The notes beneath the pieces were generated by a model. That model was not told the origin of the DNA and ran no database searches. It was given only the letters and a program-made list of their open reading frames with translations. From positions 37,324,001 through 37,388,000 of the forward strand of contig CM022665.1 in the NCBI GenBank assembly GCA_012295275.1: a stretch of DNA of 64,000 bases, read 5' to 3'. Positions 1-13,300 of this stretch are shown piece after piece (the first letter of the stretch is position 1; the number at the start of each line of letters is the position of its first letter). The stretch is from Chrysomallon squamiferum (lineage: Eukaryota > Animalia > Mollusca). The position numbers and the translations under genes are program-made.

Positions 1-151
1 GTGGGTTTTTTCTTCCTTGGCAAATTATTACTTATAATAGGAGAATCAGAAATCAGTTATCAAGACATACCAAATATATTAAGAAATGTATTTTTATTAA
101 CAATACAGATTTCTTTTTTTTTTTTTAATTTTTTAATGTGTTTTCTTCCAG

Positions 152-308
152 GCGATTTCCCAGATTTAACTTGATTGAAGTTCAAGAGAAAGGTTCCACT
201 TTGTCTGCAAGAATAAAAAACAGTCCAGAATTAGAGCAGTCTTTTTCAAAGCGATACTGGGAGGTGTTTGATGAGTTTATTCATTTGAATACTTATGGCC
301 ACGTTTAA
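152..308 (+). CDS. Terminal coding exon of an unidentified upstream gene (rest lies before the window)
   Basis: Strong acceptor ttttcttccag ends at 151. After 1 nt the frame reads RFPRFNLIEVQEKGSTLSARIKNSPELEQSFSKRYWEVFDEFIHLNTYGHV-TAA with ordinary protein-like composition, and AATAAA follows near 404. Family not recognised. Confidence 0.6.
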
Positions 309-949
309 TTAAATATATACTCATTCAAGACTTGATTAAATATGTATTTCATTAATGAATATGTGAAAATGGCCAGATATTTGCTATTTCCAGAATGTAT
401 AAAAATAAAATGTCAAAAAGATTATGCTACGATCTGTGATAACTTTTTTATGCAAAAATGTAATAATGTGGTTATAGTTTGTTTTTGTTTTGTTTTTTTC
501 AGTGTGATGTTATTAAAATATTTTTTTTTAAATATTAACAGATGTTTGTTATTGATGTAAAATAAGGAAAAGTTAAATGTTCATAAATGTGATCAGTGGA
601 TGCTTGTGTTACTGTTAGGTATGATCTTTTATTGGGGAAAAAAATCATCAATTCTTAATGCGCACATCTGGTAATTCCCCATTCCAGCAAGTGTCGTTTA
701 ATTGCTTATATGTGCTTTCCTGTCTGTAGTATGTGGACAAAAAAATATCGTTTGCTGTTAACTGACAAGCAAAAACACAAAATGTGCATTATCACATCAT
801 CTAACTCTAAGTAAGAATGTGAAAAAATGGTAATTAAATTATGTCTTGTCTGGCAACTGCAACAAATTGATCTCTGTTCTCTTCTTCAAAACATTAGCTA
901 TTTTGAGTATTTAAGTTTTAAAATATATCTAGTACATATATTCAGCTAA

Positions 950-1151
950 CACGTCCATTTAGCCCGAAGGTGCCAGATAAATGTACTAGATGAACACAGC
1001 ACATATGTAATAAAACCATATTTTGTTTATAAACGACTCATGCGGAGTTACCGTTATTGATGAGCAAGGTGAAGGTCAGAAATAACCGACATCATTCGTT
1101 ATTTGACATTTTCTATGGGAACCAGTCTACCAGGAAATATCAACGTACATA
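950..1151 (+). promoter_or_regulatory. Probable CGRRF1 promoter / 5' UTR
   Basis: Local cluster of CpGs (cacgt, cccga, aacgac, tgcgga, accgtt, accgac) in CpG-poor DNA directly upstream of ATG 1152. Confidence 0.45.
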
Positions 1152-1261
1152 ATGACAGACGAAATATCAATACTGTTAACATCTTTCGCTGTTTATTCAA
1201 ATTTATTTGCAATAATTACTGTTGTTTTAACATTTATAGTAATGACAGTATGTATTATAAG
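1152..1261 (+). CDS. CGRRF1: CGRRF1 exon 1 (TM segment)
   Basis: MTDEISILLTSFAVYSNLFAIITVVLTFIVMTVCII, donor AG|gtatgg. Confidence 0.85.
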
Positions 1262-4119
1262 GTATGGAATATAAATACCTTTAAAGCCTTGATCCATATC
1301 AATTATAATCAGTGATGATAGACTACCTGTTAGAGCCAAATTTATGTAATCTTACACTTGCAGTACTTGGTAATCTAGTAGAAACTGCATATATACTACT
1401 CTGAGGATTGTGGTTGATTTCTTTTCTTATTATTTTATTTTATTTTGTTTATGAACACCAAGAGAAATACATCATCATTACTGCTACAATTACCACACTA
1501 TTAACGAATAAACAGATTTACCTTTTCTATATTTCAGGTTAAATAACGGTATTCATTTTCCTAGAAGGGGAGGCAACATTACACAGAATGCTGCAGTGGA
1601 AAAACCCATTGTTTGTCAGTCAAATCCATTTAGCATTAAACTCAGTGAGGTGTTACAGACAAGTTTGAAAGGTGAAGAAAATAATTATATATGAGAGACG
1701 CTAAATTAAAGGAACTGACTGTAGCTCCTTGATAGGTTTTTGCTTGACTCATTATAAATTACAGAATCAGTCTTCTTCAGTATACTTGAAAGATTATTTT
1801 GTAGACTTTATTATTGTTTTTTAAAGCACATGCAGGGAAGCAGCATATGAAACAAAATTCTTTCTAATTATTAATATCAGTGTTACAGAAAAAACAGATC
1901 AATTTTACTATTAATATTTATTGAAATTATGTTAAATATTTAAAAAATATATATTTATCAAGAGTTACAACTGTAGATTTATTTTCGGTTACTTTATATT
2001 AATCTGGTACAGTATCATAAGTGAAGTATAAGAAGTTGTTTAGGCTAAGATTTCTGTATAAAATATTTCAACATAGCCTTTAATATGTACAAATTGTTTT
2101 GTAGATGGCTTGGCTGTTCATGTTTCTTCACTTTGTCAGGGGAATTTATCTGTGTTTTGGGGTCCAGAGATTGAATCTGTTTTCAGCAGCATGATCCAGA
2201 ATGCCAACATTTTCCTCAGAGACCTAGAACAAGGCAAATATTTAGAAGACAAATGTTTACATTATGAATATGTCAGGAGGTAAAACCAGAATACTTTTTT
2301 ATAATTAGATATTAATTTTCTGTCTTTATTTTATTATATGATGTTTTATACGTTTTTAACACAGCCAAGTTTCTATAATTCATATATTCCTAATTGTGAC
2401 CCTAAGTATACTCATGCTTTTCATGAGAAAATAAATTGATAAATAAATTATTTATATAATTTTCTGTAACAACTGAAATTTGAATAAATAAAGTTGCATA
2501 AATTATCTTAACATGTTTATTTTTCCTTCCTAACTGGCCCAGTGCAAAAATGTATAGATCTACAAAATTCTGCTCTGAAAGAATTGGGGAACATTATATT
2601 GCAAAATGTAAAATTAATTTAAAAAAAAAATTGTATATATGACATTTTTCCACTGGCCTATAGCAGAAAGTTATTTTAATAATTTATTATTTATTTATTT
2701 AGATTAGAATTTAACGAAAGTCTGGATATCACTATACCTTGTCCAGGAGATGTAGAAGAAAATGACTTAGGTCAAGCACCAAGGAAAAGATATTCATGTG
2801 TTCTAATAGCTGCAGTGTCTAATAGCTCTTTATGCTATGGAAATAATATAGTAAATGATAAACACACTTTCTTCCTTATATATATATATATATAAAGACC
2901 TTTTGTCATCAGAATTAAAAATAAAACTCTCATAATTACTAATCCATTTTGAAAACTGTCAAATACTGAGCTATTATTTCATAAATAATTTCCATAAAAG
3001 TTTTATATTTTAATATCTCTTTAAAATAGCATTATTTCTTTAAAGTTTTAACCCAACTAATTTGGTCAAAATCAGATTATTTGAAGAACCACCAATAATT
3101 ATGTTTCTTTTGTCTGATGTATTTTTGTAGATACATTAGTGTGTAATTATAATTTCAGATAGCTAGTATAACTATAATACACTTAAAGGATTCACTTGTA
3201 AGGATGGGCTCACACATAATGAACCAGTACATCAAAACAGGCGATGGAAGAGTCTTCAGTCTTAGAGTTAGTTCCCTTGTTAAATATTACTTATATTTTT
3301 AATTTTATGTTTTTATGATTGGATCCAGTATATTGTAGATTTATAAGACATATTGTCATTAATGCTAAGTTATTATTGTTGTCCCAACAACAAAAGAGAA
3401 AATGGCTAAATTTTAATTAAAGTTCAGTATCTTAAAATTAAATTTTGATAACTATTTTTCTTATAATTCAAACTTTAATTTCTTTTCCTTTTATTTTTCA
3501 GCCACTTTATATGGCAAGAAGTCATGATAATTCAGCAGATAATGATACAAATCATTCAGCAAGATCTGAGAATAATACAGAAAGGGAAATAAGTGAATTC
3601 CAACAGCCATCTTCTTCAGATAACATACTCCATTCAGCCAATACAATACTACAAGAACCATCAGACAACAACCAGTGCACTTCTAAACATCCGAATGACT
3701 TAAACACATCAAATGAACCTCAGATGTTAGATATTAATAACACCTCAGGCAGTGCCAAATCAAATAATATTCCTGGAACCTCAAATGTTACAGACGGAAT
3801 TAGTTCTGATGATGACCCAAACATTGATGATTCGAGTGAAGACACTGGCAGTGAATTTAATTTCCCAGAATGCATTGTTTGTCAGACACGACCCCAGTCT
3901 CATGCTCTTTTGCCATGTCGTCATGCCTGTGTTTGTCAAGTCTGTTTGAGGCAGCTAACCAGGTGTCCGATGTGTAGGGCATCAATTGAATCGTACTTCA
4001 GACTGTTTGACTTTGTCGATGAAGTACCTGATGAAATAGAGACACCAGCAGTTGTTGACTTTACTTCATGGGTGTTTGATCTGAATAGAAGACTTAATGA
4101 GTATCTAGGATTTACGTAA
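1152..4119 (+). CDS. CGRRF1: Cell growth regulator with RING finger domain protein 1 (membrane-anchored RING E3 ligase), 6 exons, about 430 aa
   Basis: join(1152-1261,1538-1671,2105-2279,2703-2850,3159-3266,3502-4119); all introns GT-AG with consistent phases (2,1,2,0,0). Has an N-terminal hydrophobic helix, CGRRF1-like motifs (NPF, FWG, PRKRY, IIHLKD, QY) and a C-terminal RING CIVC...LLPCRHACVCQVC...CPMCR. Confidence 0.9.
1538..1671 (+). CDS. CGRRF1: CGRRF1 exon 2
   Basis: atttcag| LNNGIHFPRRGG...SNPFSIKLSEVLQTSLK |gtgaag. Confidence 0.85.
2105..2279 (+). CDS. CGRRF1: CGRRF1 exon 3
   Basis: ttgtag| GLAVHVSSLCQGNLSVFWG...HYEYVR |gtaaaa. Confidence 0.85.
2703..2850 (+). CDS. CGRRF1: CGRRF1 exon 4
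   Basis: ttttag| LEFNESLDITIPCPG...GQAPRKRYSCVLIAAV...GNNI |gtaaat. Confidence 0.85.
3159..3266 (+). CDS. CGRRF1: CGRRF1 exon 5
   Basis: tttcag| IASITIIHLKDSLVRMGSHIMNQYIKTGDGRVFSLR |gttagt. Confidence 0.85.
3502..4119 (+). CDS. CGRRF1: CGRRF1 exon 6 (low-complexity linker plus RING finger)
   Basis: tttttcag| PLYMAR... within ORF 3445-4119; RING at about 3871-3975; stop TAA. Confidence 0.92.
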   Translation, partial: PLYMARSHDNSADNDTNHSARSENNTEREISEFQQPSSSDNILHSANTILQEPSDNNQCTSKHPNDLNTSNEPQMLDINNTSGSAKSNNIPGTSNVTDGISSDDDPNIDDSSEDTGSEFNFPECIVCQTRPQSHALLPCRHACVCQVCLRQLTRCPMCRASIESYFRLFDFVDEVPDEIETPAVVDFTSWVFDLNRRLNEYLGFT

Positions 4120-5866
4120 CGTGTATTGACCGATACTGTTTATTTGAGGTTTTATTGCTATTTATTATACACTTGTTAAATATTTAAATCACAGTTTAGA
4201 AAATTGTTACTTGTTGTATAACCATTACCGATTTCATTAAATAACTTCAAAGTAAGTTAGAACATTAAAATATTCATATTGAATCCAGATCAGATTTACG
4301 AGTTGGATGTGATGAATATATTTAGAAAAGATCCAAAGTTAATGACATCTTAGATGTGAAAATATATCTGGTTTTAATCATAGTAATTATTATTTTATTG
4401 TTACATGAAATTAAGTTTAATTTCAAGGTATCAAAAGATATCAACAAGATTAATGTTTTAAAATGTTTCTTTTGGTAGAAATCTACACTGAAACAAATTG
4501 TTTATGGTGTTATTATTATATCTGATGTGGCAAATTGGGATTGTTTATTATAATTTTAAAGTAAATAAACATGCTTTTATTTGGACCTTTGCATGCGCTG
4601 AAATGTCATTAAAAAATGGGAGAATAACATGTTTGATGTTACCCTGCTTTGAAAATTGATACAACAGTGAATTGACCACAATTTGTTTGACTTTTCTGTC
4701 AGATACTTGATAAATTCACTTAACAGAAAATAAAAATAAAAATAACAGAATCCATGTATATTTTGCTGTACCATTTATTTCCATGTTATGATCACAAAAA
4801 TTAAGAAGTTAAAATTGAGCAAGCCTCTATCGATCAGAATTACATACTGTAAAACAGCTGTATCATTTCTCATGTCATTTTCATCATACTGAAAGAAAAT
4901 CTTGTATTCTGATAAGAATTTTAACATTTTCTTAACCTTTATTAAATAAACTAATCTGACACAAAAAGTCAGGACATTAACTATGAAGTATATCTTCATA
5001 ATAAACTTTTCTTATTGTTCTTTATGTGCATCCGCCAAAATGGGATGGGAACAAACAAGAAATTTAAAAAAAAAAGAAAAAAAAAGAAATCATACTAAAT
5101 TTAATGTAAATTTGTTTTCCTTATTAAAAATATAATAATAATGAATACATAAACTAAAAAAAAAATAATAATAATAAAATTAAAGTCAATATGAATCTTT
5201 AAAAAAAAGAAAAAAGTTTATATTTAATTACCTTTAATGAAATTAATAATTTAATTTTTAAAATATTTTGATCGTAACACATGGGGTACAAGGCAAACTT
5301 ATTACAAGTAGTGAATTCAGAATAAAATGACTTCTGTGCATAAGTAACGAGTTGCATGTGATTGGACGGAGAAGTGTAGTTATAATTAAGCACATAAATA
5401 ACAAAAGTGATATAATTATTAATAATAGGCTGCATAAAAACAATTTTAAAACAGACAGTGCCAATCCCCAACCCACAGCTTTTGATTGGCAATAAAATAA
5501 TGTTAAAAATAATTAGTTCAGGCCTAACAATGTTTCTACATGATTTCTTTGAGCCTAAATGACTAAAATATAGTTTGAATAGCTGCTGAATATTTGTTGC
5601 AGATGCTTTAATCTCAGCTTATTCTTTCTTATGATCTGAAATCATTTTTTTTTTATTTTTTTTTTTATGTTATTTAAATTATTATATTTCTTATATATTT
5701 GTCTTCCTTCTTCTTTTCTTCAATATCTGGTTTTTAGTCAAGCACAATTTTCAACTTTTTATAGTGTAGTTTTCCTTCTTTTCTTTTTTTAAAGATGGCC
5801 GAGATTTACAGAAGAAATTTTTTTTTTTCTTTTTTTCATTTTAGCTTTTCTGTTCATGTACTGTAC

Positions 5867-5903
<37 letters not shown>

Positions 5904-8900
5904 TTATAGCTTAACATTCAAATTCAAAATATATATCTCTGAAAATGCTATGTAACAATCATGGACAATTTTATGTAACAAAAATGGAACTGAAATAAAT
6001 AATGTTACATTTGATATACAATTATTTTTATACAGCCCGTACATAATGGACTTGCTTCCCTAAACTAATAAAATACTCGAATATAACAGCTGTACAAAAA
6101 TAACCACAAAGATTTAAAATACTATGGACGGATAAAACCTTTGGTAAAAACGGGATGTAATTCAGCATTTTGACGAATAATAATAAATACAAAGTTATCT
6201 ACAATAAATAAATAAATTTACATTCCTGTCCAAACTTTTAACACTGTACATACTGATTAGTAGTTCACAGACAAAGAACAAATAGCACTTGCACTAAATC
6301 CAATACACAATATATATACATACATATATAATTATGTACATATCTGTGAAGTATGCATCACATCACTGAAAACAGAGTGCTTGAATTCATTGATGTAGTG
6401 GCTGGTCCTAACTTATTTTCTGACCAGTTTTACAATGTGTATTAAACTGCACCAATTAGTAAAAAAAAAAAGAAAAAAAATGTAAAAATGTTACCAATTA
6501 GAACAGATTTTTAAAATTATTTTTGTTTAAATTATGTATTTTTAATAACATTTCAGTTTAAAAGAAATATATATTTTTTTATTTTTTGTTTTGAAATTCT
6601 TCACTGGTATACAATTTAAAAAATAAATAAATAAAATAAAATAATAATAAATTGTTTTCAAAATAAAAAAATATATATTCTTCAATAATTTTGTGGTTTC
6701 TAAATTTTCACTTTTATTTAAATTTATAAGGATAAAATAATTTAAAAAATTAAATAATTATATGTAATATCACCAAAAATTATTTATTTAGGATGCCAAA
6801 ACTTTCCAATATTATACATTTAAATAAATAATCATACATTTGTATTTTTAGCTTTTTAATGTTTTTTTTTCATCTAATTCATTCTGTTTATTAATCCATT
6901 TCAGTGTGTCTGACATCTAGTTTCTATTTTAACAAGAGAATGATAATAATAATAAAAAATTCCTATTACAATTACAGTTAATGTAATTATTTGTATTTAT
7001 TTCAACAATAATTTTTCCGTTTTATTTCAAAACTATTTACAATAACAAAACCAGCTTATATCAAAGTTAATAAATTTATACTGGTATGTTAAAAAGACAT
7101 TTTATGATAAAAATTTCATTAATAACAATGTAACTTTAATTTTTTATGACTTGTCAGACCAATTTTATCTCCGGTACTATCTATTAATTCATATAAATAC
7201 AGTGTTTTAAAAAATTCAAGCCGTGAAGATATAATGTGAATATGGTTAAAACACACACATTATGTAAGTAACATATAAATGCACACAAAATGACAGACAA
7301 TCTAAAAATATAACAAAATGAAAAACATTAAACGAATAACATTTAAAAACATTTTTTTTTTTTTTAATTTTTTAATTTTCAAAACTCCTGAATGTTAATT
7401 TTACCTCACCATAAGGCACAATTAAAATTTTCACTAAGTCTTTCTGTCCTAATTTTTCCCAACCCTAAATGCACAGATGTAAATAAATCTGTAGCATTAT
7501 TCTGTTTCAAATGATTGAACTCCAAGATTTACAAAGTCCTGTTAAAACTGAATTATGTGGAATTTTTAAGTTGAAAAAAAATAAATTTAAAGAAAAATGT
7601 AAATTTCTAAATAATACGAAGCTATTATGCTGTTACAAATGCTAAAATGTTATAAAAGAATGAAAATAATATCAGTAATATGCTCTTAGTTTAAATTTAT
7701 TATCATGACATATCTATGCACATTCAATTTTAAAATCTGAAAATATTTGAATCTGCTTATTGTAAAACACTATGGATTTATCAATGAATTATGCCTACTG
7801 ATATTATAATATTTATAATATGAATTTTATCTATTCAAGCAATATGTATATGCAAACAGCTTTTTTTTAAAAAGTTCTAAATGCCCATTAGATAAAATTC
7901 CAATTTACAACAGATGAGTACATGACTTTAATGATATATAATACCAAATAAGTGCTAGATTTTAAAGACCCACCACCAACCCCACCCCCCAAAAAAGAAG
8001 GACAAAAAAAAAAAGAAGGATAAGAAAATAATTCATTTCAAACCCACCTTAGTTCTTGAAATGTGAGAAAATCCAAGACAACACTAACCATGACACATAC
8101 ACATATTACGTTTTTTTGTCACAATGTTAGTGAAATACTGAAAATCACTGGTAACAATGCAGATATATGCAGGTAAAACAAAACATGATTCCACTGAGAA
8201 AAGTGCTGAAAACACAACCGTGAGATGAATAATTACACACAAGTGTTCAGTGGTAAAGGTGTTCACATTTTTCAAGTCACGTTTCTGCTCAATCTTCACA
8301 TGTATTGCCTTCAGTGATATTCATACTTAAAACAGAGATTCAGGAGAGAAAAAGAATATTAAAAATAATGATTAGATGTGTTAGTTGAACTCTATTCATT
8401 TCTGAACAAAAGCTGTGCTATGTGGTAAGCCCACCTTGTCATCTAGTTTAGCATTAATATTATATTACTGTACAAGAATAAACAAGAAGAATGTTTTAAA
8501 ATATAGATATGTCAAATATATAGAGAATCCAGTTTTATAACATATGTGCATTTACCTTCAAACAACAGCAATTTATCAGAGATTAACAATTACAACATTT
8601 AATATTTAGCATTTACACTAGCAATCACTAATTAGATAAAAATAAATAAATAATTTTTCACTCTTTTATACAGTTCTGTACTAAATTTTAAATATATACA
8701 AAAAGGAATAAATCTTATATCTTAAACTTACTATTATTTATATACAATCCTACAATATATAGATCATGAATGGGAAAAAGCCAAGCCATGTCAGCTAAAA
8801 TGACTAATACATATTTATTCTGCAAAATACAGGAATTAAATAGCTTAATACTAAGGAAAGATTTCATTCTTTTAACATTAGAATTCTCTGCATTTGTGAA

Positions 8901-10073
8901 GCTTAGTTTGCAAATCGACACAGTCGATCAAAACTGCCTGCAGATAGTAACTATCCACTGTAGCATCTAATACTATTACACAAAGTCTTGCAAACTGTAA
9001 GAACTATTTGTATAATCAACTGTTTTAATTGTCTTCAGTGGTGTGGTATTATTAATAAACTGAATGGAATTTATTAATTAATTTTGTTTTTGTTTTTTAA
9101 GGCTTGCTCTTACAGGAATATGCAGAGAAATAATAACTTGAAGAATGCTCAAAAACAGTGAAACTGTGATCACAGCAATGCAATGACGTAGATAACAATA
9201 TCACAGATATGCATTCATAAAAGTTTAAAACAACAAGAGACAACATGGAGACAGAACAGTATGTCAGTTCACCTGTACAGACAACACCTGAGCTTTCTTC
9301 CACCTGTGAAGATGAATGTTTTGAAAAGTAGACTCCATCACCCAACTGTTACTGACCCAAGATGTGTTCCATTATTTACTTCTTTTTTTCTTTTTTTTTT
9401 AAATTAGACTATAAATTAATCCAAGATTTGATCAGGCATGTTATTTATGGTAATTTTTTTTATAATTCACACAAAATGAAAGATATATCTAATCAGTTGT
9501 TTAAAACATTTTGTATATGACAACACCTTCTTTAAAGCATTACATCCAAAAGATAATAATTCAAATGAATTCCTAAAACTGTAGTTAATTTTTTGATAAC
9601 ACAAAATTTTAATGTACATATCTGAGTTATTTTAGAAATCATATACCTTATCTAACTAATTTTTAGTAATCTACTTTTAATACTGCAGCCAGTATTAAAC
9701 CAATGGTTTTCAATGAAAGTGTGATTAATTTCTTAGCTTTAATGTTTCACACCTCTAAACTTTTGATAATGGTGAATTATCTCCAGTGACAAAATATATA
9801 TTTCGGTAATAATCCATGACAAAAATGATTTACATTTCACTATGATACATACTATGATATTTTCACATAAAAACTTAAGTTGCTTTTTTTTTTAACTCAC
9901 AAATTATTCATAAATTCAGAAACACTACAAAGTAGTTACATTTGTTTTTATAATTCTACCACAAAACATGCTGCTACAGTTGATTATCTTATTGTATTCA
10001 AAGCCTATGATATTAAAGAAAAAAAAAAGAATTTGAAGAAAAGATGTTGTGTTGCACTGACACATCTGCAGTG

Positions 10074-10324
10074 TTAGCTTTTGTCTATGTAATCTTGCAA
10101 CAACTGAAGCTGTCGTGTTGTGACGTTCGACACAGAATTGGCCTTTTCGAGAAGACCAGGTCCCATGTGTTTGTACAGAACATTGACAAGGGCAGCTATG
10201 GAATTCTGCAGTTCATGTCCAGCTGCCCCACTGCCGTTCACTGTCCCTAGCAAATGCCACAGCAATGGCAGCACATGCAGAACTATCGGTTTATGCTTCT
10301 TCTGGTACACCCGGTCCACCAAAT
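10074..10324 (-). CDS. TOGARAM1: TOGARAM1 last coding exon
   Basis: ttacag| LVDRVYQKKHKPIVLHVLPLLWHLLG...QDYIDKS-TAA. Confidence 0.92.
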
Positions 10325-13300
10325 CTGTAAAACAGTAACAGTGCTAGGTAAAAATAAATACACTACGTATTATTATTTGTTTGAATTCAAACTTCCAATT
10401 TAAACCTTGTTAGCTTAAAATTTATTTTTTGCAAAAAAAAAAAAACAAGACAATTTTTATTTGTTATGTTTTTCTACTAGTCTATAACTGGCAAAACAAT
10501 TACATAAAAGAATCAATCGTAAATTAAATAAGGTAATTCGAGATATTTTCAGAAATTATTTATGCATTTTGATTGCTTGTATTTTTTTAAGCAGGCTAAT
10601 GCATCAGAAATGTGCAATGTAACAACACTTTAATGATTAAAATATAAATGAAAGTATATATTAAATTGAAAACAGATTGTAATACTTCAGTACTTACATG
10701 CAACTTTCAGTACCATGTCGGATTTGCTTCGAGTATTGGCATTCAAAGCCTGATTGACAAAAGGTTGAATCAAAAGGACTGGATCTATAAAATTGAAAGT
10801 ATGAGATATTTAGTAAGATAACGAAAGGAATTTAAACAGATAGTGTGTTGTCAGGGTCCAAGGAAACCTGACTTCTTTCCAGGACATCTTATTTTGGTTT
10901 ATGATTCTTTAAATTTGTAATTAAATTGACATATTAAGTGATATAAGAAATTAAGCGTACCTAAAGTGATTCAGTATCCGATTTTTTTCTTTTGTAGTAT
11001 TGTTTTTACACAGATGTTGTTTATTAATGAAAGTTAGTTTTTATTTTTATATTTTACCTTTGCATATATTTATTAATTGTATAAATTTGTTGTTCAAGAA
11101 TGTTGTAAAAATCCCAATAATAATAATAATAATAATAACAACAATAATAAGTAAATATACAGAAATAAAAAAATAAAAATAAAAAGTAGATAACAAACCA
11201 GACACTTGTTAAAAGAAAACTAATTTTTGTTTCAAGAATAGAAAGAAAAAAATAAAAAGACTATTTACCCAGATACTGAATAAATGTTTGCAGGTTCTGC
11301 CCTGCCAGGTTGTAAATTTCAGTATTCTTTGATGACAGGTTGGGGACAACGTGGGAAACAGCAATGTTGATGGCACTGCCCAGATAATCCTTCAGAGGGA
11401 AAATGATAGCCTGCATCACCTCCAGGGCGTGTCGGTTTACCTTGCTGTTTGCATCCTGCAGTCTAGGTAGAAACTTGTCAAATATCTGAAATTAAATACA
11501 AAATAGGGAATGGAGTGTAAAATCTGTTCAATATGTTATGACAAAAACAACATAATAGATGGAATAAATTAGGCTTACAAAAATTATTAAGTAATAAATT
11601 TTTAAAAGTGATAAGAGAAAAGTCTGGAATAATTTACAAGTCTGAACACAATAAAAAGTTAATATTAAGAGAGAAAATAAAATTAATGTTCTGAAGTATC
11701 AGTGTACCTTAATATGTAATTACAAATAGCTAAACCATTCCAGTTTGCTATTAATTTGTCTTACTAAATATGTAACCACACTAAACTTATTTCCATCTGT
11801 GTTAACAATAAACTTACCTTCACGATATGATTTCCAACATCCACAGGATTTGACTGACACATGGCCAGCAGATCTGTGATTCCTTGGTGTCGTTCCTTCC
11901 AGTCTGCTGCTGTCATTCTTGCCATCATCTGTTTGATCTCTTCCATGGTTGTTTCATCCGTCCGATTTAGTGGTCGACGCTTTGGCACTGGTGTGGTGAC
12001 GCTTTCAGCAGAACTGGAAGCAGAAAGAAAAACAAAATGTCAAATATTTTCTCTCATAGAGTTTTGGTATAAATGTATTAAAAGTAATATCACTTGCCAT
12101 CACAAAAATAATGAATGAAAAACAGTTTTAAATTGAGTTAATTATTGGTCTCTGCAAAACAATACTGTAATAAAACAGAAATAAAATAGTGTTATTTATA
12201 AGATGGGAGTCTGTCTCCCATTTACATTTCTAAACAAACGATGAACAGGTATTTAATGGCCTATGGCTTCAAGTTTGACACCTCTGATTGTTAATGCAAA
12301 TGTAATGTAAATTATAACAATATTATCTTTAAAAGACCATAAAATAAAACTAAAAATTAATGCTAAATAAAATAAAAAAACACAAAAAGAAATTCTTACT
12401 AACAAATAATAATAAAAATAGTAATTTTAAGCAGAACTGGATATTTTTAAATAATAAAATATGAGGACAAATAAACAGAATTTAGCACATCATTTTCAAA
12501 GTAAGTCCCAGCTCCCCAGGTTAAAAAGCAAATACAAGGTATGATTCTTAATTTAACTTTTACTGAAGCTTAAAATGAATCTTAAATTACATGAAAATTC
12601 TATTTTAAACCCGTACAGTCTCTACATTTTAATTACAATGGACAAAACAAACAATGAATTCAGAAAATATGCCTCACTGAAGTAACATTTATTAATTTAC
12701 AACTGGTGTAGCAGTGTGAACATAAAACCACTCTGTAAATATGTGCTGCAATGTAAAAATAGTGCAATATCATTAAATGTATTCCATATATAAGTGTTTA
12801 ATGGATATTTCTATGCTGGAATTCTATTTCTTCATGCTAGGCTAGACCTATGCAGGGTCACTAAACATAATCAAGCCCCCTAATCAACCACAATGATATA
12901 ACAAACACTACCCCACAGTAATTCACAATGTCTCAACCTAAGGGCAAGATCTAAACAAGATCACCAATTTAAATTATTCAATTTATTGTGCTTTAACAGA
13001 ATCCACAATATTAATGAAATGAAATTAAAATAAAAACACAAACCCACTCAAAACCCTTCCCCAGATCTAAACAGGGTCTCTAATTTACGATTAATGTGCT
13101 TCAAAATCAAACCTTCACTATTAAAATAATAATAATAATAATAATAAAAAACACTCTAGGGGCCAGATTTGAACAGGATCACCTATTATTGTGCTTTCAA
13201 TTCAACCACAGTGTATTAATACAAATGCCACCCTCCTATAGTTCACACTGCCTCACCTAAGGGCCAGATCTAAACAGGATGAGCTTCTTTCAGGAACTCG

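Noticed and set aside
5868-5900. Poly-A run as a retrocopy tail
   Set aside because: No upstream processed-gene body or target-site duplication, and similar A-runs occur throughout the window.
10065-10076. Stop-codon readthrough or selenocysteine recoding at gene ends
   Set aside because: TOGARAM1 and CGRRF1 end in TAA. The RPAP1 TGA lacks a CTAG-type readthrough context and falls at the expected C-terminus.
12838-13281. Repeat-spacer-like periodicity resembling a CRISPR array
   Set aside because: The units are degenerate along their whole length and the spacers resemble each other. The context is a eukaryotic intron with no cas genes.
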